The notes: generated by a model not told the origin, from the letters alone. A stretch of DNA of 64,000 bases from Marsupella aquatica (GCA_973895155.1 OZ316892.1:11174420-11238419); one strand, 5' to 3'. Positions 1 through 12,897 are shown, counted from the stretch's first letter. Numbers and translations are program-made.

Positions 1-564
1 CGAAAGCAGATTACAAGTGAGGACCCCAGGACCACCACAAGAGGTAGTCTAAACTTCTGTATGCTTGATCTATTGCAATCAACGCATTGTTTGCATTTCC
101 TGCACAGGCCTCTCCGTTTGTCCTAGGCCTGAAAGCTAGATTTTAGGCTCAAGGTCTACTCAATTTGGTCTGAAAAAGTAGTAGTTGTCTATTGGCTTGT
201 TCTTGTAAAGTCCCCCTAATTCACAACTTTATAGTGTTTTGACAACCTACCCCTTTCATCATTAGATAATATCACATCCCATGGCTTGTTTCAAGAACTA
301 AATAAATGAGTGAGTTCATTTTTTTTGCAAACCAAATAAAGTCCTGTAAAATCTTATATAATACAGCCATAGATTATATTCTTTATTAACAACAGTCCAG
401 ATCCCCACCCATATCAACCCATGGCATCAAAACAAACTCACCTCATCAGTTAAGTGACTTGCATCTTACTAGCTAATAAAGTAAGTACATGTTGTCCAAA
501 CAAACCATGTTCAAAATAGCCAAAATTAATATCAATTCACAACATTTGCAAGAGCAGCAGGTCA

Positions 565-680
565 ATGCTCAGCTAATTTTAGCAGTGACCCCATGCTCAG
601 CCAATTTAGCAGCAAACCCATGCCTGGCTAATTTGCAATGGACCCATGCTTGACTAATATTTGCAATCAACCCATGTTTA
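565..680. repeat. Degenerate ~27-28 bp tandem repeat (GCTAATTT...ACCCATGC), about 4 copies
   Basis: Recurrent ctaattt(a)gca...acccatgc units visible at 565-680. Confidence 0.55.
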
Positions 681-972
681 ATTGGTAACCTTAGTGGCCA
701 ACCACAATTGCCTAATTTAGAATCTATCTATTAGCCCATGCACTGCTAATTTTAGGCAGACCAGTGCTTGGCATAAAAGCAATGATAATGCCCCCATTTG
801 CCAAAGGCACGTGTGCATCATAACCCCATGTTGTAAGCATGGGTTACAGATATTTTTTATAATAAATTAAAATTCCAAAGTGCAGCAAATCTATTCTAGA
901 GGCTATGGGTGTCTGTATCATCAAAAAATGATAAAATGGTGATTGTAAGATCAAACCTCCCCTTGAATCTCA

Positions 973-1333
973 GGGCCACTTTACAAGATGGGCGCGCAAT
1001 TTAGTCCCTCTTTTTTCAGGATCGAATCAATCATGACGTTGTTTCAGCCTGCCCGGGCGCTCCTTGCTTTAGAAGACTGGCGCAGCAAGTTGTGCTGCGG
1101 GAACGACCAAACCTGCATTCTGGTATGGATCACCTTGGGCCAGCTGGCTCGGGACTCTCATCCGAGCGCTAGACTATTGGACAGCCAGAGGTGCAAAAAT
1201 GGGCAGGCTGCTTTCTCCTACGATTTTCCTGCCTTGGTCTGGTCTAGAGTCCTACCGTACACAAAAAGTCGGGCCCTGTTACAGCCCTGGTAGAAAGCAC
1301 TTAAATTGCCGCACCCGTCTTGTAAAGTGGCCC
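973..1333. mobile_element. PIF/Harbinger (Tourist-like) MITE, 361 bp
   Basis: ~30 bp imperfect TIRs: GGGCCACTTTACAAGATGGGCGCGCAATTTA (973-1003) and TAAATTGCCGCACCCGTCTTGTAAAGTGGCCC (1302-1333). 3-bp TSD TCA at 970-972 and 1334-1336. Confidence 0.85.
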
Positions 1334-4300
1334 TCACTTCAACCATTAGATGTTTTCCTCTCCAAGCGTCGCAACTGTTAGGCACACCTTGCTCAACTCT
1401 AAAGCATATCTTGTTCTACTCTAGCACTATCAAGCTATATATTTATATTCTATGTGTGTTACATGAATTCCATCGGATTTATAGTTTCACCATAATTTGC
1501 TAGGTTGAATGGATCATAGAGTAGATATCAAACACTACTGATGAGACTAATTAAAGCCGGATCCAAAAGTAGGATGACCTTGCCAACAATATATTGAAAT
1601 TCTTCTTCTCAAACATTGTGTTTTGACTGTCATTCCACTGAGGGGCATTGTTTCATTGATCTGCCAAAAGAGTCCTTGGGTTTGGCTAAGGCTGCACATC
1701 ATTATTTGCATCTAGGAACAATGAAAGGAGGATTTTTGGACAAGCTTAAGAGACCATTTAAAACCGAGGCTCAGGATGATGATAAGATTGCCAATTACCT
1801 GGTATATTAATATCCCTCACAAAGTTGCTTGTCCTCACTTGTTGGTGGACCTTGCCTACAAAATATCGTGTTGTAACTGAGATGGCGTGGATAGTTTTTG
1901 TTTCTTATTGGATAGTCTCAGTAGTCATTTTTCATTGAAGTATGGTGTGGCAATCCAAGTACATGTCCTACCCGTTCTTGAACTGGGAGAATAGACTACC
2001 CATCTAAGTTGATATACTCCCTTAAAATATATTGTTTCCGTAGAACGAGGCAAACAATATTGTGCATTGTAAAGTGCCCAATGAATCTCTTTCATATACA
2101 TGTGTTCATTCAATACCTCAACTTTTGCATGACCTATGCAATTTGATGTTTTACATGCTTGGACAATCATCATGTTGATATGTACTCAGCCACTGAAGGT
2201 TGCCTAATGTAAGATGCACCCATAGAGCCTTTACTAAGTTAATCTCTTTACTCATCACTGACTCAACTGGAAGACCTCAAAGCCAAAACTTTAACCCTCT
2301 TTAACATTCTCCAGCCTGTACTCAAATGCACTATTGTATTGATGTATTTTTCATGAAAAGTATAAATTGGTTGGATTTTCCCTTCCAGGCCAAACAAGAT
2401 CTCTGTGTCACCATCAGAGAAATATTGAGAGGAGATATATCACTAGTGGTCAGGTTCACTCTCAACTAACTTAGTTAGAATCCAAAACTTGTAGAAAGTA
2501 TGTATGACAAGTACACTCCCAATATTTATAAGAATGCTCACTAAGAATGCTCACGCAAGAACGAGCTAGGAATCTGTCCTTTCATTGAAATCCTAGGAAC
2601 AGTTTTTCTGAAGTGAAGAACAATTGTGGTCTATGTGATCCATGTGCAATGGGTAGCCTTATTGATGTTTAAAAGATAATAGATCACATAGACTACCATT
2701 CTTCTCCATACATACATTGGTTGAGAAGTTTATAATTGTGGTCTATGCGATGCAAAATGTTTAAATGTTAGAGACAACAAGCAGCCCTGCTCTCAACCCC
2801 TAAATTTCATGGTTTTTATCAATGGGATGATGGGTTGTATTGTCATTTCTTGACAGATTAATGTATGTTTCTTTGAAGTCCACAATGACAGACTGCTTTT
2901 TGTAGGATCTTGCAAGGGCCCTCAGGAGCTCATTGAGAAGCTCAAGCTGTGTCAAAGCAGGTTCAGAATGTGTCTCAGATTGGAAAAAATCATTGGCACG
3001 GGGTGCAAAAGACACCGTGGAAAGATTGACAGACAAGGTGAGTTTGGATACATTTCAAATTGCTCTGACTTACTTTCTAGTTTGTTGTTCTACAGAGTAC
3101 AAGCCACCTTGTGACAAGATGGTATACAATAGGCTCTTGCATGATAAATTATCCTTGAAAATCCAACTGTAGACTACTTTGGTGTCTAATTTGTGCAGTG
3201 ACGTTTTTTCAGATTCTGCTTCGATCATTTGCACTATTTGTAGGGTCAGTAGTTGTAATGCAGAACTATCCTAGGCTAGTGGGTGTTTGAAACCACCTCA
3301 ACTCAACTGCAGCACATATGCAATTGAATCAAATTTATGGTAATTCCACACTCCTCCCTGTCCACCCAAGTTTTGCCTCCCCTCCCAATTGGCCCAACTC
3401 TTGTCCTTCTCTTCCGACTCTCCTTCCTGTCCAACCACATTTGAACCCATTAGCGGGTACTTAAGTACCTGTCTTATAAAGTACAAAATCTTTCAGTTAT
3501 GTGTTTATTTCAGAGAGGAAAAATCAAACGTTTCCTTGTTGTTTGGTTACTTTATGGGAGAACATTTTGTGGGATAGAAATTCTGTAATTGTAGGGTATT
3601 ATTTTCTTTGTTCCAGCAATATTTTTATTTTCTCTGGCTGGACCCAGGTACCAGAGAGAACCCGGGTATAAGAGAGAACCTGGCAATGGGTTCATTTTGC
3701 TTTCCCTTGCTCCACACCAAACTGTTGCATTTTCTTTTGCGTCTCCTCCTGACATGCTCAACTTGCCCCTCTCCTCCCCTCCTCTTTCACTTGACTCTTG
3801 CCTCTATGTCGACCCCTCTTGCCATCCCTCCCCCCACAAACTTCTCCTTCCCTCTCTACTTCTCCTTTGCCCATCTACTGCTTCCCCTCCCCACTTTGCC
3901 CAACTGTTGCATTTTCTTACAACTCTCCACGCGGGCCTCCTCCCTGCATGCACAACTTCCACCTTCTCTCCCCACCCACTGCGTTCCTACCTTCTGTTCG
4001 ACTCTCCTCCCATCCACCCAATGTTTGCACCCCAACTAAAATTGATGCAACCACTTGGAAAATGCAACATTTTGACATACCTTTATCTGTTTGTTGTGAA
4101 ATCCACGCTCTTGTCGACTGCAATGTTTGATGCATGATGTACTCCCAGGCATCAGGTTGAAGTCTCCCCCTGTCACTGGGTGTGGGCGAGGGTTGTGTGG
4201 GTGAGTCCGGCCAATGTGCTTTGCAAATCAGGATCACAAGTTGTCATATTTTTGTCTCTGGATCTGCAAAATTGTCATATTCTGTAACAATGTTTGCTGC

Positions 4301-4374
4301 TGCTGTGATCAGACTCTGATTTGTAAATTGCTTTTAACATATTATGATGTTTCGGTCACATTTTTGTAACAACG

Positions 4375-4477
4375 TTTTCACTTCAGCATAATCTAGTCAA
4401 TTGGTCTCCAGATATGAAACATTTTGTGACAATATTTTCACTTCCGCATAATCTCGTCCAATGGTCTCGAGATATGA
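4375..4477. repeat. Direct repeat of ~43 bp with 60 bp period
   Basis: ttttcacttcagcataatctagtcaattggtctccagatatga versus ttttcacttccgcataatctcgtccaatggtctcgagatatga. Confidence 0.7.
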
Positions 4478-5554
4478 CAGATGATCGGAGACGACGTAGC
4501 AAGGAAAAGCATTGCGTAGATTTCTACGCTGTGGGCAACAATCAGACATTAACTTTTTCCATGGAAAATTTCCACTCCCAGTTTGATTTTGAGCTGGCAG
4601 GCCACCAGGACCGCAAAGTAATTCTCGTCAATTAATTCTCGTTGCCACCACCAGCAAGAGTCTAGAGGGTACAATCGTATGCCGGACAGATTGACATTCC
4701 TGCTTGGATGGTAGCCAATGTAACCAGTTGACGACAAGTTCTGGGGATGACTAAATGCAAATTCGTCAGCAGGACATGTGAACAAGAGATTGACATTGCT
4801 GCTACTGAGGTCTTCCACTGATGATGCTTCTGGCAAAAGAAGATAGTCGGGTCCGAAGGGAAGTCGAGAAGAAATCAACCATATCTTGAATTGGTTGTTA
4901 AAGATGTATTTGCTAAGAATCGATCTACATTCTACATCAAAAGGATAAGGTCACCTGTTCTAATGACCTATGTGACTAATAGATTTAACGTGTGGACAAA
5001 GGTTATTCTTGTCTAGGTTACCACCAGCTGATCCTCAAACTCGTGACCCTTCTGCTGTTTCAAGAATGATTTCCTCAAATGACATAAGTGATAACAAGAT
5101 TCAATTCATAGATGGCAGAAATTCCAGTCGTCCTTATCAACATCAATCAGCAGATCTTCAGTCATGATCTTTGTGCTGTTCGACCTAATCCCCTATGTAG
5201 GTCCAATTAACCTTCAACACGGCATATGATACTATCACGTTTCGGAGCGTTCTCTCTAAACGTTCACTTGTGTACTTGATCCCTTTCGTGGTGACAGTAC
5301 GAGTCAAACCCAACTCAGCCCATCCTGTCCTTAGGGGTCCCAAGACTTCCTCAAATTATATCCGATGGTCGTTCTTCTCTCAAAGCAGAGCTGGTCAAAA
5401 TTGGATCACACCGTCCTCGCAAAGTTGTTGGTCGGCTGAAAAATTCTAGACTTCGATACCAAGGTTGACTCCATTACTGGTGGCTGGCCAGTCTATGTGA
5501 CAAAAAAGATCACAGCAGAATAATGACACCCTGTACTGATCCCTTCCATGCACT

Positions 5555-8500
5555 TCAAAACTTGCTGCTGCCAGGAGACCACTTTTGATTGTTGGTGGGA
5601 AATTTGAAAGCCTCCATGACCTCTTCTCTCTCCTGATCCAGTTTCAGTTCAAACTTGATCAGCTCCTCCCACTGCCGTGCCTTAAATTCCATCATCTTCT
5701 GGTGATGTTCCTTCAATAGCTCAGCTTTCCTTGCCTCCCACTGCTCTTGGTTCTTGATGCACATTTCAACAAGCCGCGAGTGCCTTGCAATTTCCTCCGT
5801 CACTCTGCATAAACCACCGGTTAAGATACTGTCATTCTTTCATCAAATTAGACGTAAGGACTACAGGAGAGAAACGTGGAGTGACATCATTTCTTTGCAG
5901 ACCAAACACCTCAAAGTATTTCCTGTATGATTTGAGTATGAGATAGAGGAGTACCAGCGTCCACGGAACATAGAGTAAATCTAGATAATCCGGCCTGTGA
6001 AGTTATTAGTTTAGTTGGTACTTGAGACCATACAAACTATACTAAGTTGCGACTCAGACAATGTAGTTCACTCAATGTTCAATGCATTTGAGTCGATTAG
6101 TAGATTCATTGGAGACCTCGACATAAACAATAAATTATTCCATCTTGTCGCAACCAACCTAATGTAAAGATCAGCTGGCTTAAATGGGAGAGGGAGGTAG
6201 GAGGGATTTAACTCAGCAACGAAGATCATAGCATGGGATCCAGACTCTGTTGAAAGACTATGCCGATAGGAATGCTAATCTTTGGCAGGACTCTACTTCT
6301 ATTTGGTTTACGCTATCTAGGTCCGAAAACCTGCTAGATATTGCACTACAATTTGCGTGCCTACGTTGTGCGTGGTTGCCTTAATTCTTAAGTCACCCTG
6401 TTATGCACCCAGATCACGTACAACCACGCACAACGTACTCTTACGATATGCCAATCAGATAAGCTCCCTCAAATTTGGGGATCCCGTGGAAAGTTAATAG
6501 CATCCAGACGGGACTTTGAATATTGACTTGAGATCCGAAACATATTTCAACATCATAACAGGATAGCATAACTCCAATCAAAGAGAAGGAGATGGGGGCA
6601 GAGGATTACAGGATCTGTTGATGTTGCTGCTCATCGCTGAGATTCTTATCTTTGGGTATTTTAGACACCTGCTCTTGCAACTTCTCACATTCCTCGATGT
6701 GTTCCTGCTCGTATTCTTGATGCACTCTCTCAAGAGTAATCTCTTTCTCAAGTATCTCCTGTTTGAGCTGCTCAATCTTCTGCTTATACAAAATCTCCAT
6801 ATCCTCCATCTATAGAGCATCAAAAGGGTTAGTGGGACAAAACAGCCTTGCGATAAGATGCAACTATGATATTTACTATAAGATGGGAGGACAACCAAAA
6901 CTCGAGACTGTAAAAGTACCTTACACATCCAGTTAGAACTCAGCGTTTGCAATTGAACACATAAATCGGCTCAACTTCCTCCCAGAGGCCTCAAAGGATT
7001 CAAACAATCTTGAAAGCATCCTAAGTAAAGGGGAAAGGATCAAAGTCTGATGTTTGAGAATTTGCTACAAAAAACTTCTTGTTTGCATTTGCCGATTGCA
7101 CTAACACCGCTTTTCAGGACTCAATGAAGTAAAACTGAAATGCCAGCAAATCAGCACAGTAGTAACCAAAGGCAGGATAGATAACAAGAATTTCTAGTTA
7201 AATGACATGACAGAGTTTGTGGCAAGGGAAAATGAGGCGAAAACCTCGATCTGTTGCTGTTGATGCTGTTCCTTGGCTCTGTCCCTGACTACTTTGAGCT
7301 CCTCCTCACGCAACTCCAGCTTCTTACTAATCTGAGAGACAGTTTTCGTCAGGGCCCTGCGACTCTCTTGCTCCCTTTGGACTTTCCCTTGGAGAATGGT
7401 GACCTTGTTGTTCTCTTCATCCAGTTTTCGCATCGGGGATAATACCATCTCTTGGAAGCTCTTCATCTCCCATTTCACATTTTGCTTCCCTAAAATCAAT
7501 CATTGCTTGGTCAGATGATTTGTACTACTTCTACCTAGACAGACAGAAATCGCTTCAACCAAGGTCTCCTATGAGGAGTAAGGTGAAAAGCAGTTGTTGG
7601 CAGCGCCCGCAACTCTGCTGATATCTGACTTAGGACAAAGACAGTGCGAACTGATTGACACTTAGAACGGAATGGAAAAGCTCGAGAGCTGAAATTTTAC
7701 AGAGTTGTGAGGATAGGAACTTGAGCCAACTCAATAGGCAAAACAGAACAAACTTGCAGCAAGTAAATCCCTTTACAGCTGTCGCAGCGTACAGACCGTG
7801 CTAAAATCTCAACTTGCACCATGATTCATCAAAGCCATGCTTGTCGCAATTTTTGATAGCAGAGCTTGAAACACTGATTACAAACTTCACCGAGAGGCTC
7901 GGCTGAATCAGGTACCTTTGCTGTGCTTGTTGAATATCTCCAGATCGTCTGCCGTTGCCATATAACCATATAGAATTCGATCACCTCCCGGCTGGAACAA
8001 GACATTTCCAGATGCATCCCAGTTTTCCTTACCCCTGCAAGCTTGAATAAATTGCATCTCAAGACGCTGGGCATTGTAGTAGCCTGTTGGTGAATCTGCG
8101 AAAATCAGAATGCTTATACCCCGATGTCCTTGTGGGCCATAGGCATGTCGAGCCTTCACAGGGTTATCTTTCTTGAAGAGATCCAGAAGCTCTTTGTTAC
8201 CCATTCCAATCCACTGCAGCGCATCCACCAGATAGTCTTAGTAATCCCATGAACTTGTTCTAGGACCAACAAGAACTAAAACTGTCCACTCCATGTAGTC
8301 TACGTTTATTGTGGGTCGTCAAGTTGTTTTACTGTAATTTTAGAAAGGTTTACGAACAACAGTTGGAATTTGACTTGTCCCATAATTGGTTGTAGGCCAA
8401 CAAGAAGATACTTGCAAATCATTTTCCGTCGATTCATTTTCAATATCGAAAGGTGATACACTCTCACTAGTACAACTTTAAATCGCCAACCTTGACTTCA

Positions 8501-10568
8501 ATCACCAAATTATTGTGAAATTTGTTGCTTCTGGTATACATTCCAACGGAATATGAACCTCCACAGCTGCACATCGAAAGATTTGTGGGACCAACAGACT
8601 GGCAGGAGCTCCGGATCACGTATCTAACAGCTGTAACACGATCGAACGTTTTCTCACCTTATCATCCTCATCCTGCTCCAGCTGGGTATTACGAACAACC
8701 ACCATTGGAGGCCACACAACAAGTTTGCTTTCATTTTCATCTCCCAATCCTCGCCATTTTCCATATTTGCCACTACCATGAGTCCCTGGTACTGCCCCTC
8801 GAATCCTGATCTCCTCCTCCAAAACCTCTGCGAAGGCTTTATGCAACTTCACACGTTTGGACCGAACAGTCTTTGCATGGGCCAGCAAGGGCTGCAATCC
8901 ACGATACCAATCAATGGCACCAACCCCACCTTGACAGGCAGGACAGTGCCATTGACGGTCGTGTTCATGCACCTCGTCCTCCGTCAAGAGATCAAGATCC
9001 TGGAAGAAATTCCGAAACCATTTGTTCATTCTCTGTGTTGAATGACTTTTATGGCTATCTTCGGACTCTAGCGAGGCAAGACTAATGGTATCACTATCAA
9101 GATCGTCATCTGAGCATTGACTATCCGAGTAGAGACTTGCTGGATAGTCATCAAACACGGACGATCCATTTCCAGAAAATGCAGGAAATCCGCCTTTCCA
9201 GGCATCTAGGGAAATGGACGAAGTGTTGAGACTCTGAGGGACGGGATTCGAGTCAGGCGCCGGGCGTCCTTGTGGGAGAAGGTTTTCAAGGATGCTCGCA
9301 GAATTTGATGAATTACCACCGTTGGTGCTGTGTCCACCTTGAACAGATGCCGTATCCCAATTTGATGAGTTGAGACTCGTGGATTTCCCCCAGCTCGATT
9401 GAGTTGCTTGCTGCCGGGCTGTCCCAAAGTTACTCGGTCCAGGTTGCTTTCTTGGTGACGGCCGTCCACCTTTCTCTTGGAAACCATGGGCAGGGGACGG
9501 ACCACCTTTGCTGACCTTCTCCCATTCATGAGAACGTTGTTTGGCACCTCTTTGTACGTAATCAGCTGAGGAATTGGCCTGGAAACCCCGTCCACCCTTT
9601 GCTGTCTGACCTGCCGGTAATTTACTGGACAGGTCTTCGCCTTTCTTTCCTCGACGAGAACCAGCCACTTCCCAGCCGGAATCCCAGTTCGAGCTGACAG
9701 TCCCGACCGGTGCATCCCAGATTCCATCGGAAGAGTGGGAATTAGAGGGATTAGCAACATCAGCAGCTTCTCCACCAGTTGTCACACTCCAACCGGAGTC
9801 TTCAACAACGTCAACCCGGGGTGGAGAACCCCAACCTCCAGAAGACGTGGGCTTGACAGCGGGGGAAGGCGAGTTCCAGCCAGAATCCGCGCCATCATTA
9901 CCAATAGTTACATCTTTGACCCCAACAGGCTGCCACGAAGACCCAGGAAGTGATCTACTTCCTGCGTCTGAGCGTTTCAGTGCCCACACTGCGTTGCTAC
10001 CCTTGATCCGGCCTGCAGGACTACCCGAACCCTCTCCATTTCGCCCTTTCTTATCAACGTTCGCTACTAAATTGCTTCCCTCAACTTTCAGAGAGCTGAC
10101 CGGAAATTGAGACTGAGTAGCATTGGCGTTCACGACTCGGCCCTCGACTCCAGCGGACTGCGGCCTCGGCCGTTCTTCCGAGATCTGACCTTCACTCGCA
10201 GGTGAGCGAATATCCTCCACAGTGGATGCACCTTTGCTCTTCTTCTTGTTCTTCTTTTTCTTGGATTTAGTCACTGCATCATCAGGCTTTTCGGACGAAG
10301 GGACAGTTCCCTTGGAGCCTTCCTTACCAGGTCTTGGAAGACCAGTCCAACCTGTCGCCTCGTGCTCTTCCTCCACCTGGCTCGCCCAAGAAGCTCTAGA
10401 TCGAGGTGTGAGCTCACTGCCATCTCCAAGGTCCTCCGACTTCAACTGTTCTGCAAGGTTTCTAGTCACTTCCTCGTGGATTCCATTCCTGCCCGCTGTT
10501 TTGAAACTACCTGACGGACTTCCCAAATGAGGGATGATAATCCGGCGAGTCCCAGCAGCTTTAGCCAT
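5555..10568 (-). CDS. SGS3: SUPPRESSOR OF GENE SILENCING 3 (zf-XS, XS and coiled-coil domains). Exons 10568-8658, 8213-7916, 7489-7245, 6809-6610, 5804-5555
   Basis: Zinc finger WHCPACQGGVGAIDWYRGLQPLLAHAKT, XS domain VVWPPMVVVRNT...WIGMGNKELL...ARHAYGPQGHRG, C-terminal coiled coil. All introns are GT-AG and preserve frame. Confidence 0.95.
6362..6437. mobile_element. Tiny TA-flanked inverted-repeat element (MITE-like hairpin) in the last SGS3 intron
   Basis: Perfect 17-bp IR: TACGTTGTGCGTGGTTG (6362-6378) and CAACCACGCACAACGTA (6421-6437). Confidence 0.6.
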
Positions 10569-11386
10569 AGATTAGTCCTCTGTCCAAATCGTTGAAATTA
10601 GGTCCTTGCAACCTGGCTTTAATCACATTGCAATCCTGTGACGACGATTTCGCTGTAACCTCAGGGATGCAACGAAACTTGGTATGATGCCTACATCAAC
10701 TTGTCGGGCAATAAGCTAGGGAGCACGGTCTTGGTCATTGTATTGTATTGCGTACCACATTGGTCCAGTAAATCATCGACGTTGGTGAGCTGCTCAGGCC
10801 TTCACTTCATCACCGTAGCTCCCTTTATTCAGCAACCATTAAAAGCCGTCCCGCGGAATAAAATCCAGTATGTATATATTGTCCACTCAGTCGAAGTAAA
10901 TCATAACCTGCTAGTGTTGGTCCAAAACAGCTGCAAATGATCCAAGCTGGTCCAATTATTCACGCTGATGAAACGACTCGAAGCGTTCCTAGTAGCAACT
11001 CGATGCGCAACGCATTACTCCCAAAGCGAAGTGAGGCCACTCCCTACCAAAAATTGTTGTCCGTCTGACCGCAGGGAGAAATCGCACGGGACTGAGGAAG
11101 AAACGGGGCGAGATTCTTAATTCTTTTCAGTTGCGTGTCAGACCATGATAGCCGGGAGTCCCAATTGCAGCAGAGAAGTTCAAGTGAACTGCAGGAGGCA
11201 TCATTCCAGAATTTCAGTACGTCAAATTAAAAGATCACTGAATGCTCGAAAAGCCCGTGCACAAACAAGACAGAGTTTGTCAAACCGTGCCTTGCTTCGA
11301 CAAAATGCTTAAACCAAATGCAGTAGAGAAGGAAAACGAGAGAGAGTCTTAGTACAGCTTGATTTCTTTGCGGGAGCTCGAGAGAA

Positions 11387-11680
11387 TGCTTCAACCTAGT
11401 TATGCGTTAATCAATAAATCTACGATTGCACTGCGGAACTGCGGAACTTCACCAGCTCCAACCTACGACAGTTGTTGCGAACGAACTAACGAATCAAACG
11501 AACGCACGCTCCCAAATATGCTTCAACCTGTAGTTGCGAACGAATTCACGAATCAGACGAGCGCTCCTCTCAAAAATGCTTCAACCTGTAATTGCGAGCG
11601 AATTGACGAACCAAACGAGCGCTCCCAAAACTGCTTCAACCTACTGTAGTTGGGGACGAATCGATGAATCAAAACGAGTC
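11387..11680. repeat. ~55-60 bp degenerate tandem repeat (4-5 units) in the SGS3 leader region
   Basis: Units tgcttcaacctgta.ttgcga.cgaatt.acgaa.ca.acgagcgctcc start near 11458, 11518, 11576 and 11631, with a partial motif near 11387. Confidence 0.75.
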
Positions 11681-11850
11681 CAACAAGGAGAGAGAGCACG
11701 ACGAGAGGGAACGCTCCTGCACGAACACCACAACGCCACTGCTGCACACATGCGATCTACGCCCCGACCACGCCACTCTGAACTTCCGGCTAATTACTGT
11801 AGCTTCCACTCATGGTGATGCTCCCGGCGCTCTGTATCCCGTCACCCCAC

Positions 11851-11926
11851 GCTCTGTTTCGCATCACTCCGAGCTCTGTGTCGCATCACCTCGCACTCTG
11901 TTTCGCATCACTCCAAGCTCTGTTTC
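11851..11926. repeat. 22-bp tandem repeat, about 3.5 copies (CTCTGTTTCGCATCACTCC..G)
   Basis: Seen directly in the sequence. Confidence 0.75.
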
Positions 11927-12011
11927 TGATCCTGTCTCCTCGTGCACTCTGCCGGACGGACGGACCTCTCACACTCTCTCTCTCTCTCGGACTTATGAGT
12001 GGTCTAGGACG

Positions 12012-12022
12012 TTTATTTTATA
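12012..12022 (-). promoter_or_regulatory. Candidate TATA box for SGS3
   Basis: Minus strand reads CCTATAAAATAAA, about 25-30 nt upstream of a (GA)n-rich leader starting near 11990. Confidence 0.4.
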
Positions 12023-12897
12023 GGTGCTCCAGTTCGTCTCCTTGTGGCCTGAATTATTTCAGCTATTGGGTTTTTTAGTGGCGGAATTTAGAAAGTAAGG
12101 CTCCCATGGACCACCATAGCTAATTAGAATGGCCAAGCGAAGCTAGAAAAAGGGATATGGGGTAGAGTGTAGACTCTAGGGACTACCATTTATACCTAAT
12201 TATATAATGGCTAAGAGAAGCTAGGTAGAATGAGGGCTATGGTCTAGACTGTAGACTCGAGACCAATGACTTTAGTTGGAGAAAACTTACCATCAATGGA
12301 GTTGGGAGGAGATTCATTTTGAGTCACCAACCATGGACGTCCAAAGGAAGGGATAAGGCTATTTTGACAAGATGAGTGCTACAATAAGGGCGATGTTCTA
12401 GAGTGTAGACCCTAGACTTTGACTCTAGCCAGACCAGGGGAGACGTACCATCAACGGAGGTAGGGAATGAAAAGAGATTCTTTTGGTTCTCACCAATTAT
12501 TGAGGTACACAGATAAGACACTGTCAAAACAGAAAAAAATGCCATACAAGAGTCAGGATTCTTTTTGTTTCAAAAGGGGGAGGGGCCAGCCCAGTGGATA
12601 AAATGCTAGGGGCAAAATCTGCCCAAGCCAATAAGGGAAATATGGCGCGACAGCTTGTGAGCGGAGTTGTTGCCCACACCCCAAGAGAAACACAACAAAC
12701 CACACCCTAATCAAGCCATGAGAGCCAGCACACCCGCCACAAAGTGGCCTCAACTAGGACCCAGACGGAGCTGTCCCTAGGCATCCCATAACATGGCTAA
12801 ACATACTAGTGTTCAAAGTATACTAGCCTTGACTACCCGTTTCTTGAACTCAAAGAGATGAGGACTAAAAGGTAACTTGCACAAAAAACTATTCCTG

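Noticed and set aside
3608-4237. Overlapping 100-146 aa ORFs
   Set aside because: Pyrimidine-rich low-complexity DNA lacking stops, with no protein motif.
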